DNA of 64,000 nucleotides, taken from Candidatus Melainabacteria bacterium 17Bon1m. Its GTDB lineage: Bacteria > Cyanobacteriota > Vampirovibrionia > Obscuribacterales > Obscuribacteraceae. Position 1 is the first letter of the stretch. Each line of letters begins with the position of its first letter. The notes beneath the pieces are model-generated. The model worked only from the letters and a program-made list of their open reading frames with translations. It did no database searches and was not told the DNA's origin. Of this stretch, positions 10,506-19,491 are shown one piece after another. The DNA lies in NCBI GenBank assembly GCA_032128875.1, contig JAVLKG010000001.1:192001-256000 (forward strand). The letters run 5' to 3'. Position numbers and translations under genes: made by a program.

Positions 10506-11177
10506 ATGAGTTACCACGGACATCGCGCAGAACAACTCTCGAAAGTCGGAGGACAAGGACAGCCACTTGAACAAAGTGATCCTAAAGGTGCTTTCGGCTC
10601 ACCTTCTGAAGCTTCGTTCAACGAGGTCTATCACGAACGCATGAAGAAAATTGGTGGTAGCACCGGTGGTGAATTGAAGCAATTTGGCTCTAACAGTGAG
10701 AGCGAAGCACAACTTGGAATTCCAGCAGGAGTGGAAGGACAAATGAAGCTGAAGCAGATGGAACTTGGACCCGGTGGTGGTGGCAAGCCTGCATTGAAAG
10801 ATCTTGGTGCAGAAGGCAATGAGGGGCATGCGATTGCGAACAAGATTGAATTTGGCAAGACGTTGGAAGACGCTGCCTATTCGAAAAAAATGGCAGAGAA
10901 ATTATGTGAACTGAAGCAGGGTGGTGGCGAAGCGTATGGAAAGAAAGCGTTAGAAAGCGAAAGTGGCTCATGGAGAGGTGTCGTTTCTGGTATCGAGGCG
11001 GGCCTCGGTTTGGCGCTCGGACCAGCAGGAATTCCTCTGATGCTTGACGCTCAAGCACGCATGTATCGCGACAGTATGAGTGCCTCGAAATCTGGCTACG
11101 GTGAATCGAACAGCATTCGACGTGACATGATTCAACGCGGCAAGATGCTTAAGAGCTGGAAGCCCAGCGACGAATAG
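10506..11177 (+). CDS. Hypothetical Gly/Glu/Lys-rich protein with a C-terminal Gly-rich hydrophobic segment
   Basis: AAAGGAG RBS before ATG 10506; GIEAGLGLALGPAGIPLML segment. Confidence 0.7.
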   Translation: MSYHGHRAEQLSKVGGQGQPLEQSDPKGAFGSPSEASFNEVYHERMKKIGGSTGGELKQFGSNSESEAQLGIPAGVEGQMKLKQMELGPGGGGKPALKDLGAEGNEGHAIANKIEFGKTLEDAAYSKKMAEKLCELKQGGGEAYGKKALESESGSWRGVVSGIEAGLGLALGPAGIPLMLDAQARMYRDSMSASKSGYGESNSIRRDMIQRGKMLKSWKPSDE

Positions 11178-11217
11178 GAGTCGACGATAACAGTTGGGAG
11201 TTTGGTTGAGAACGCAA

Positions 11218-11250
11218 AAGACCGTAGGCTTGTGGGAAGCCTGCGGTCTT
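11218..11250. terminator. Probable bidirectional terminator between convergent genes
   Basis: AAGACCGTAGGCTT-GTGGG-AAGCCTGCGGTCTT stem-loop. Confidence 0.7.
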
Positions 11251-11259
11251 GCCCTTTAT

Positions 11260-12108
11260 CTATTTCTCTTTTCCAGCCGCGTCTTTTGTTGCTGATTTCA
11301 TTTCTGTGCCTTGCTCGGCAGCTTTTAGATCTGGCTCGGACATAGCATTGAAATCGTATTCCACTTCGGCTGCTGCTGCTGACAATTTCGCTTGAGGGAG
11401 ATATTTCTTGACCAGTTTTTTTGTCTTGCTGTCAAACAAATAGATCTCCTTAGAATCTTTGCCTGCTGCTGCTTTTGATTGGTCAGTTGATTGGACTGTG
11501 AAGAAATAGTTCTCTCCATCGAAGTACCATTTGTCCACGACTGGAGGCACCTCTTTTCCCTTTTCGTTGGTTGCAAAAATGGTGGCACCTTTCTGCAAAT
11601 CAAAAACAAGCAAACCCGCGGGAGCATCACATTCGTGCGTGCTGAAGAGAAGTTTTTTATCCTTGCTTGTAAAGAAACTTCCCCCTGGCAAATTCCAGTA
11701 TTTGCCAGCGTTATTGACTAGCAGAAGTCGTCCGTCATAGTCACCGAGTTTGACTATTCCGCGATAATTATCAGATATCGGCTTCTTTGGAAAGTAGAGA
11801 CCGCAAGGACCGCCAAGTCCGTTGATATCGTTGAAGTACTCGCTGTTCACTTTCTTTCCATCGTTGGTAATGGTCACCCATGCTCGACAGTAACGTGGAT
11901 TTGAGTGCTTTTCATTCAGTCGCTTTACTTGCAATGCTTCCACAGACACTTTGCTATTTGGCACTGATATCGTGAATGTTTTTGCCGAACTTTCGGGATA
12001 GTCTGCTGGCTGAAATGGTTTTGCGAAAACTTCGATCGGCGGTACAGCAAACTGAAGGATAAATGAAGCAACTGCAATCGAAGACAATTTAGACAATTCG
12101 ATTTTCAT
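11260..12108 (-). CDS. Secreted hypothetical protein, beta-rich (propeller-like)
   Basis: Signal peptide; beta-strand-rich segments (LLVFDLQKG, IYLFDSKTK). Confidence 0.7.
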   Translation of the reverse strand: MKIELSKLSSIAVASFILQFAVPPIEVFAKPFQPADYPESSAKTFTISVPNSKVSVEALQVKRLNEKHSNPRYCRAWVTITNDGKKVNSEYFNDINGLGGPCGLYFPKKPISDNYRGIVKLGDYDGRLLLVNNAGKYWNLPGGSFFTSKDKKLLFSTHECDAPAGLLVFDLQKGATIFATNEKGKEVPPVVDKWYFDGENYFFTVQSTDQSKAAAGKDSKEIYLFDSKTKKLVKKYLPQAKLSAAAAEVEYDFNAMSEPDLKAAEQGTEMKSATKDAAGKEK

Positions 12109-12324
12109 TGCTTCTTTTCCGCCTGCAATCTTTCGATTTCCTTTTCGAGCTCAGCATATTCGCGCGAAAATTCATCTGGTAGTGGTTGGCCCGCTTGCGC
12201 ATGAGCCATTGCGGCATATTGCATTTCGTTTTGTTTCTTCAGCATTTCCTGAAGCGTTCTTGGTTTTGGTGTGGATTGCATCTCACTGACCTCAATGTGT
12301 TAAAGAATCGCGCTGACATGGCGC

Positions 12325-15300
12325 TTATCGTGCCGGCACCACTGGTTGATAATCGGGTGCGGCGTCTCCGGCAACGCGCTGTTCTTTTCTGAGTTCGGCA
12401 GCATACCTGTCTCTAATCTCTTGCGCCAGCTTGAACTCTCGAATCTGCTGTTCGTTAAGTCCGCGATATCGGTTTGCCGGAGCTTCATAGAATGCCTTTT
12501 CCTCCGCACTCCGTGCGCCGGCTGGTTTCATGTGGATATCCCACCACCTTTGTTCGTAGTCTGGATACTTGACGTTATCCGGTTGCACTACGACCCTTCC
12601 GTTCGGACCAATTAATGGTTTTCCTGCGGCATCTAGCTGTGGCTTACCCGTCCAGCCTGGTATCACTGGCAGTTCTTGATTGTCTGGAATGCCAAGTTTT
12701 TCTCGCAGCCATTTATCAACTCTCGCCTGTGCTTTGACCGCTGACTCTTCTGCATCAAAAGCAGCAGCGCGTGCGATTTTTAAACCATCGGGAGAAGCGA
12801 CGTTTGCAAAGTCGTTGAAGCTATCTCTCCATGACTGTTGAGAGGAATTGGGTGGGGCACCAGCAGCTCTTTCTGGATTTTCAAATCTGAAGTTGCCGTC
12901 CTTGAAAAATGGCCCGGTCTCTGGTCCGCGAATCTGAATGATTTTACTCAATCCACCAGGAGTCGCGTAATTGTCGATGCCGTCTCCGTCTATAAGCGCA
13001 CGCGACATTTTGTACCAAGGAGTGTTTTCGCTTGGCACAAACCAATTATCTGCACCAGTGCGTTTGAGCATTTCGCGCTCCGCATCCGACAACTGAAGTA
13101 CTTTTCCACCCCCCGGTCCATCGACTGTTGGTGACTTGAATGGGTCGGACATCTTCTTGAGCAGTGAGGTGAGAACCCCATTCTCCTCTTCAGTGAGTGC
13201 ACGTCCGAAGCTTCTTCTGATTGCTCCTCCGTAAATCATAGCCATAAATGCCGGTGGTGCAATCTGGTGTTCTCGAATTGCGTGCAAAATGCCGTCCAAT
13301 CTTTCTTGAGTGAACTCGCCGCCGAGCTTGTTTCTTAATATATGTTCTGCGGCCAATTCGCCGTCTACGTGGTGCGTTGTGAAGTTTGCTTTGGTTTTAA
13401 TCGAATCGGAGAACATCGAAGCAAGCAAAGCATCCTCAGTCTGCTGTGGCGTCAAACCAGCCGCCTTCGCCGAGTCTATAACACGACCGAGTTCGCCTTG
13501 CGTGTGGATCCAGTTGACGGGTTGATCTATATCTGTCGCGAAAGTGCGGGCATAGTGTTCGCGAACTTCGCCTAGCGAATCAATTACTCGCTGCTGTTGT
13601 TCTGGAGACAACCCTGATTTTTCCAGTTTGGAGAGAACACTTTCACCGCTCGATGCTTTCACTTGCGCCAATTCAGTGCGAACCTGAGCACGAACAGCCT
13701 CAACGTTTTGGGGCTCGACTCGCGGCCAGTCGTTTTCTAGAATGTTGCCTTTACTATCTAGGACTTGCCCTTTCTCGTTGACATTACGTTCGAAGCCTTC
13801 TCTTCGTGTATTCTCACGTGGAGTTCTTACTTCTGAGCCCACCGGAGCAGTTTCACGACCTTCAGGGGGCGCTGGTCTCTGTTGATCTGCGGGTTTCTGA
13901 GACTCACCTGGTTTCTGCGCAGCACCAGGTTTCTGTAGCTCTTCTGGTCTTGCACTGTCAGACTTACGTCGACGATCAACCTTCGGTGTTTCTTCTCCTG
14001 GTCTGGCTGTCGGACGAACTCCTCCATCACCTTGCGCCGCAGCCGTTCTTGCATTGGCAGTAAGTTCTCTGCCTGCTACTTCTTCTCCTTCGCGAGCACC
14101 GCGTACAAGATCTCTTGCTCGTCCTAGCCCGGTGGTTGCACTGCTCAGTCCGCCACCAATGATGGCGCCGCCTACTGCTAGCTCACCGCTGCGTTGGGCG
14201 ATGTGGGCGAGGTTTTCTGCAACTGTTTTGCGCGAATCCCACTCGGCAGCGCCTTCCCCTGCCCCAGTCAGTCCGCCACCGGCTGCGCCACCACTAGCGT
14301 TTAGTCCGATATGGGTTGCATGTCTGACTATGCCACTGGCTAATTGTTCAGACACATTTTTTTGAAGGCTATCAGCCAACTGCTTAACCGCTTGCTCGCG
14401 GGCTTCACCTGTCAGTTCTGATGAAACCACCCGATTGGCGAGTGCAGTGAAATCTGAAGGATTCAAAGCCTTGGCACCACTTGCAAGAGTGTTTTGAACA
14501 ATCTCGCGAGTGCCGGTTTCAATTACTTGTTTTCCACCTTGAACCAGAACCTGTTCGCCGGTCTCCGCCAGCGCAATTCCTGCGGCTCTTGTCGCCGCTG
14601 CTTTTCCGATGCCGAAGACCGCGGCTATTTGTCCTGGTCCAATTACCGATGTTGCTGCCGTCAATGAGCCGATGCTTGCGTCATAGCCAACTTGTCCCAA
14701 GCTCAAATCATAATTGTTGCCTTGGATCGCCGCATTGGTTCCGACCTTGATACCGGCACCAGCAAACGCTAATCCGATAACGAGTGGTGCGTCTGCGCCA
14801 CCAGTAATAATCATGCTTCCGATTGCCGCCGTAATGATGGCACCATCCGCGACATAGTTCGCTGCAGCCCTCTTTGATTCCACTGCATTCTCCGTTGCTG
14901 TATTTTGAAATCCAATAGCTTCCGATACTTGTGCCGCTAATCTTTGCTGCACTGCTTGAATCTGCTCTGGTGACATTCGATTAGCGATTTCACTGCCCGC
15001 TGCAATAGCCGCAGTTAATTGATTCTGCTCTGCAATCGCTCGGTTGGTTTGTTCCATTGCATCATCGGCTTGCTCGCCTGTGCCGCTGCGGAAGACGCTA
15101 TCTGATAGTGCGGCACCAATTCCACTGCGCGCGTTTTGCGTCTGTGTTCTTGCAATATTGGTTCTGTCTTCTACCGATAAGTTTTGCGCAAGGACGCGTT
15201 CTGCAATATCTTGATCTTGCCCACCCAATTTTTCCATGAGGTCGCCGGCGAGGCTGCTGCCATATTTTGCAGCGTAGTCAGATTTTACTCGCGCAAGATC

Positions 15301-17640
15301 TTCCGGCTTAATGCTGTTGAGTTCGGCGACTATGTCCGATGATCCTCCCCATCCGACAATTGCCGCGCGGATATTGTCTTCAGGCTGGAGCGATGTTTGA
15401 TTTAGGGTTGCCATCGCGATTTGCCTGCGATTGTCGTCCATCCAACCGAGCACCTTTTCTCTGTACGCGGGGTCGTCGCGCAACTTCTGCTTTTCTTCAG
15501 GACTTGCGTTTTGCAGGTCTTGAAATGCTTCCTTATATGCATTACTGAAGACACCCTGGTTAAGAGCAACCTTGCGCTCGAGAGGCAGATGCCCTGTTTC
15601 TACCAGCGGCTTTCCAAAATTGTCATAGTCTTCCATGAAAGCAAATCGTGCCGCTTGCTTGAAGTCCTCAGCAAACTTTCGGTCTTCAGCTGTTTTGGGA
15701 TTGACCAAACGTTCGCGCAAAGCCGGATCTCTGCTAAGTACACTATCAACACGCCGTGCGATTTCGCCGGTTTTTTCACCTTCCCAATTCGGGCTCATTT
15801 TGAGGAGAGCGATCACATCAGAATCTGGCGCTTTTCCGTCTTTCACTTGCCTCAACATACGTTGCGCCGTGTCTAATTGATTTGGATTTCTCAGGGAGTC
15901 TTTAACTGAGTCGTCTAATTGCTTTCTAAAATTCTCGTCGGTGCGATAGCGATTTTGATCCGTCGCTGACATGTTGGAAATGGAAGTGACCAACCGCTGC
16001 GAATCTGTTCCATACCAATGTTGGCTTGCCGCGATTTCTTCGGTAACGCTGACTTTGCCTGCTTCTTGTGCTTTCGTGAAGTCTTGTGCCGCCACCATTT
16101 TGTCGTAAACAGCGAGCACTTGTTTTCGCTCATTCTCGTCTTTATTCAGGCTCGTGAGCATTTGATCCAATGCGGCACGCTGTGCTGGATTGCGCTTCGC
16201 TTCTTCGAACTGCGCTTGCGTCATATTTCGTACATCATTGGTGATGTCTTCGACGCTGGAATTATATATGGTGCCACGATGTCGAGCTAGCGATGCCACC
16301 AGTGAGCCACCGCCCTTGTTGGCAATCATATCCTCGTACTGAACCATTTCTGTCGAGTTGGCTGTTTTATTCAGCGCCTCGTGTACGGTTGTGTAATAAT
16401 CGCGCGAGGCCCTCTGCCCTTGCTCATCCAGCCCAGCAACTGCCTTTCCTTCGGATAGGGCTTTACCATCGATATACATCTTTCTTTCGTGATCGGTCAT
16501 TCTGTTGATCGCAAGTTCTACGCCTTTCTCATTATCGAAGGCAATACCTGTGTTGTCTCTGATTTGTGTGGCGGCCGACAACTTACCTTCGCGCGCGTAG
16601 TCCATCGCGTGTGTGACATCGGAATTCGAGTACCAGTGACCAAATGCGTCTTTGACGCGTTGTTCACCACCACCGTCAAGAAAGGCTTTGCGTGCCGCTG
16701 GAGACGCATCGCGCATGGATTCGGCAAAGAGCTGCGTGTCTTCTTCCTTTAGCGCAATGTTGATTAACTTTGCAGTGTCCGCGTCGGTGCGTTTATCGTT
16801 GCCCTTCAGATAGACATCAACCATGTCTTTGGTTGCTTGGGAAAATTTATCGTCTTTCATAATCGCATCTCGAAGGGACACACCATATGTCTGGCGATAC
16901 TCCGCATCGACTTTTGAAATTTGGTCAGCATTGCGCGTGGAGAGTAGGTCGCGCACGTCTTTTTCGATTTCGCTCGAACTTCTTCCCTGAATCCAATTGC
17001 GATTTTCCACGAGGTCTTCGTGAATTCGTCGCGCTGCTGTGTTTTCCGCGTTGTTGTCCTTGCGATGAAGAATATTCAGAAACTTTTCCAGGTCTGCTCC
17101 GGTTTGAAATCCTCGCATCTCTGCTTCCAAACCTTTGCCAAACTTTTCCCTGTAGATTTTGTCGATTGCTGTTCTTTCAGATTCGGTCTTTCCTTCGAGA
17201 ATCTTGTTGATAGCGTCGCGGTCCGCCCATCTGGCGACCCAGTTGTCGTTTCCGGTTGCCTTTCTAATGGCTTCCGCGTCACGAAGCGCCTGAGCCCTGT
17301 CCACGGGTTTCTCCGCAGTGGGTCTCTCTGTTGGTCTTTCTCCCGCGGGGCCTCCTGTTCTTTCCGCGCCAGTACGCTCACCTGGGGGTCTTTCGGCTGT
17401 TCGTACGTTCGGAGTTGCCGCGGCGACCTGCTTTTCTCCATCTACAAGCTCGAATTTCGAGCCAGAGCCGGCTTTCACCCCTGCAAATGAAAAAGCCATC
17501 TCGCCTTTCGCCAGTCCACGGCGGATTGCCCTGAACCTTTCGGTTTGGTCCCCCTCCTTGGCGGTTTCGCTGACTTTGTTCTTCTCTGAAGGTTTTGAAA
17601 CTTCGCCTTTTTCGGGCTTCTTCGGGGTTTCGTCGGACAT
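12325..17640 (-). CDS. Giant (1771 aa) protein: annexin-like repeats, hydrophobic Gly/Ala-rich segment and C-terminal HD-like domain; putative effector
   Basis: Annexin-like units (DAEAIRKAT...INKILEGKTESERTAIDKIYREKFGKGLEAEM; EDNIRAAIVGWG...VKSDYAAKYGSSLAGDLMEKLGG); TM-like segment AIITAAIGSMIITGGADAPLVIGLAFAG; HD-like motifs NWIHT...SMFSDSIK...THH...IREHQ...DGDGIDN. Confidence 0.75.
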   Translation of the reverse strand: MSDETPKKPEKGEVSKPSEKNKVSETAKEGDQTERFRAIRRGLAKGEMAFSFAGVKAGSGSKFELVDGEKQVAAATPNVRTAERPPGERTGAERTGGPAGERPTERPTAEKPVDRAQALRDAEAIRKATGNDNWVARWADRDAINKILEGKTESERTAIDKIYREKFGKGLEAEMRGFQTGADLEKFLNILHRKDNNAENTAARRIHEDLVENRNWIQGRSSSEIEKDVRDLLSTRNADQISKVDAEYRQTYGVSLRDAIMKDDKFSQATKDMVDVYLKGNDKRTDADTAKLINIALKEEDTQLFAESMRDASPAARKAFLDGGGEQRVKDAFGHWYSNSDVTHAMDYAREGKLSAATQIRDNTGIAFDNEKGVELAINRMTDHERKMYIDGKALSEGKAVAGLDEQGQRASRDYYTTVHEALNKTANSTEMVQYEDMIANKGGGSLVASLARHRGTIYNSSVEDITNDVRNMTQAQFEEAKRNPAQRAALDQMLTSLNKDENERKQVLAVYDKMVAAQDFTKAQEAGKVSVTEEIAASQHWYGTDSQRLVTSISNMSATDQNRYRTDENFRKQLDDSVKDSLRNPNQLDTAQRMLRQVKDGKAPDSDVIALLKMSPNWEGEKTGEIARRVDSVLSRDPALRERLVNPKTAEDRKFAEDFKQAARFAFMEDYDNFGKPLVETGHLPLERKVALNQGVFSNAYKEAFQDLQNASPEEKQKLRDDPAYREKVLGWMDDNRRQIAMATLNQTSLQPEDNIRAAIVGWGGSSDIVAELNSIKPEDLARVKSDYAAKYGSSLAGDLMEKLGGQDQDIAERVLAQNLSVEDRTNIARTQTQNARSGIGAALSDSVFRSGTGEQADDAMEQTNRAIAEQNQLTAAIAAGSEIANRMSPEQIQAVQQRLAAQVSEAIGFQNTATENAVESKRAAANYVADGAIITAAIGSMIITGGADAPLVIGLAFAGAGIKVGTNAAIQGNNYDLSLGQVGYDASIGSLTAATSVIGPGQIAAVFGIGKAAATRAAGIALAETGEQVLVQGGKQVIETGTREIVQNTLASGAKALNPSDFTALANRVVSSELTGEAREQAVKQLADSLQKNVSEQLASGIVRHATHIGLNASGGAAGGGLTGAGEGAAEWDSRKTVAENLAHIAQRSGELAVGGAIIGGGLSSATTGLGRARDLVRGAREGEEVAGRELTANARTAAAQGDGGVRPTARPGEETPKVDRRRKSDSARPEELQKPGAAQKPGESQKPADQQRPAPPEGRETAPVGSEVRTPRENTRREGFERNVNEKGQVLDSKGNILENDWPRVEPQNVEAVRAQVRTELAQVKASSGESVLSKLEKSGLSPEQQQRVIDSLGEVREHYARTFATDIDQPVNWIHTQGELGRVIDSAKAAGLTPQQTEDALLASMFSDSIKTKANFTTHHVDGELAAEHILRNKLGGEFTQERLDGILHAIREHQIAPPAFMAMIYGGAIRRSFGRALTEEENGVLTSLLKKMSDPFKSPTVDGPGGGKVLQLSDAEREMLKRTGADNWFVPSENTPWYKMSRALIDGDGIDNYATPGGLSKIIQIRGPETGPFFKDGNFRFENPERAAGAPPNSSQQSWRDSFNDFANVASPDGLKIARAAAFDAEESAVKAQARVDKWLREKLGIPDNQELPVIPGWTGKPQLDAAGKPLIGPNGRVVVQPDNVKYPDYEQRWWDIHMKPAGARSAEEKAFYEAPANRYRGLNEQQIREFKLAQEIRDRYAAELRKEQRVAGDAAPDYQPVVPAR

Positions 17641-17800
17641 ATCAATTCCTCCAGGACCGTCAGGTCCCGTGAAAGCGCCATACCAGGTTTTATATACCCA
17701 TGGAGTTATATGGATTTTGTGTTAACTGGTAAGCGCCTAAATGTCAAGAGAATGTAAGACGATACCCAGTACAGCCCTTCGGGGTGGGTAGAATATTTTT

Positions 17801-19450
17801 GTGGACGAATCAAACAACATTAACACCCAAGCTGACTCGCTTGTCGGCACAAAACTCGACGACCGGTATGAAATCCTCTCTGTCATCGCCAGTGGTGGCA
17901 TGGGTGTTGTCTACCGTGGTCGTCATATCCTCATGGATAAAATCGTCGCGATCAAAATGTTGAATGCTGCTTTTTCTAATGAGCCTGATGCATACTCGCG
18001 ATTTCAGAATGAAGCCAAAATTGCTTGTCAATTAAGTCACCCCAACATTGTTACTGTGCACGACTTTGGCATCGCCGGTGAGAAGATGTACTTAGTCATG
18101 GATTTTGTCGAGGGGCGGACCATTGGCGATTTACTCGATGACGAGACGTTTTTGCCTGTGCGTCGCGTTACGGATATGGCGCTGCAGATCTGCGATGCTC
18201 TGCAATACGCGCATGAGCAAGGGCTTATACACCGCGATCTGAAGGCGGAAAACATCATGATTGTGGCCAATAAAGATGGACAGGATCAGATCAAGATTCT
18301 CGACTTCGGTTTGGCGAAGTTTTTCGGTGAAGGAAAACAGCAGCAGCTTTCCGCTTCCGGATTCATGATGGGGACTGCCTATTACATGAGTCCTGAACAG
18401 TGTCGAGGGAAGCGCGCCGATGTCCGCAGTGAAATCTACTCGCTTGCTTGTGTCCTTTACGAAGCTCTTTGTGGCGTACCTCCACTTGTTGGAGAAAACG
18501 TTCTTGAAACAGTGCAAAAGCACATTGATGAGGCACCAATACCGGTGTCACAGGTTCGACCAGAGCTTGAAATTTCGGGCGATGTGGAAGCTGTAATCAG
18601 CAAGGGACTTAGTAAAAATCCTAACGACCGCTTTCAGTCTGCTGCGGAGTTCAAAGCTGCAATCGAACGGCTGAAACTTGCTGGTTCTGCCGGAAGCACA
18701 CATGTTCCGATTGAGACTCCCGCCGCTGTTGAAACAGCAAAGCCGAATTTCTTGGTGCCGATTATCGTGGTGCTTGCTCTGGTGGGTGCAGCTGCTTTTG
18801 CGATGATGAATGCTCATCCCGTGAGGCAGTCTCCTGCAAGCAAAAGAGTTGTGAAAACGCCATCACGCGCAGCGAGCCCAACTTGGACGAAACACTATAA
18901 AGCCGCTGTAGTTGCATTTGATGATGAGAAATACGAGGAGGCTGAGAAAGCCCTTTCACTCGCGATATTGGAAGCGCGTCGTTCGGGCAATGATATTGAG
19001 TTGCTGCAGTCTCTGCGCAAGCAGCAAGATGTGCTGTATGTGCAACGCAAATTCAAAGATGCTGATGCTGTTGATTCCGAGATTATGCGTTTGACAGCAT
19101 CGACTTCAACGCAGGAATTGTCGCCTTCACCTGCAGATAAAGGGAAGCCTGCAGGAGCCAGTGCTGAAGCGGAAACGGGGAATATGAAATCGCAGGACGA
19201 GCGCATTGCAAAACTTGCAATGTTTTGCCACGAACGCGGTCAGTGCGGAACTGCTATTAAGCTATTGGAACATTCTGTCGAAGTGTCTAAACGAATGCAT
19301 GGTGTCAACAGTCTCAAGACGGCAGAGCGCATTCAAGAACTTGCATCACTGCATATCGCGCTCGATGAAAGCGATAAAGCACAGCCGCTGTTAGAACAAG
19401 TGATGGAAATCAAGGCTGCTGTCGCGAAGAAGTACAAAGGTGCGAAGTAG
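17801..19450 (+). CDS. Hanks-type Ser/Thr protein kinase with TM helix and TPR-like C-terminus
   Basis: IASGGMGVVY, VAIK, HRDLKAEN, DFG, GTAYYMSPE; TM segment LVPIIVVLALVGAAAFAMM; TPR-like helices. Confidence 0.95.
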   Translation: MDESNNINTQADSLVGTKLDDRYEILSVIASGGMGVVYRGRHILMDKIVAIKMLNAAFSNEPDAYSRFQNEAKIACQLSHPNIVTVHDFGIAGEKMYLVMDFVEGRTIGDLLDDETFLPVRRVTDMALQICDALQYAHEQGLIHRDLKAENIMIVANKDGQDQIKILDFGLAKFFGEGKQQQLSASGFMMGTAYYMSPEQCRGKRADVRSEIYSLACVLYEALCGVPPLVGENVLETVQKHIDEAPIPVSQVRPELEISGDVEAVISKGLSKNPNDRFQSAAEFKAAIERLKLAGSAGSTHVPIETPAAVETAKPNFLVPIIVVLALVGAAAFAMMNAHPVRQSPASKRVVKTPSRAASPTWTKHYKAAVVAFDDEKYEEAEKALSLAILEARRSGNDIELLQSLRKQQDVLYVQRKFKDADAVDSEIMRLTASTSTQELSPSPADKGKPAGASAEAETGNMKSQDERIAKLAMFCHERGQCGTAIKLLEHSVEVSKRMHGVNSLKTAERIQELASLHIALDESDKAQPLLEQVMEIKAAVAKKYKGAK

Positions 19451-19491
19451 AAGAACGCACGAAATAGACGGGGGCGCGAAGGGCTGTTTGC

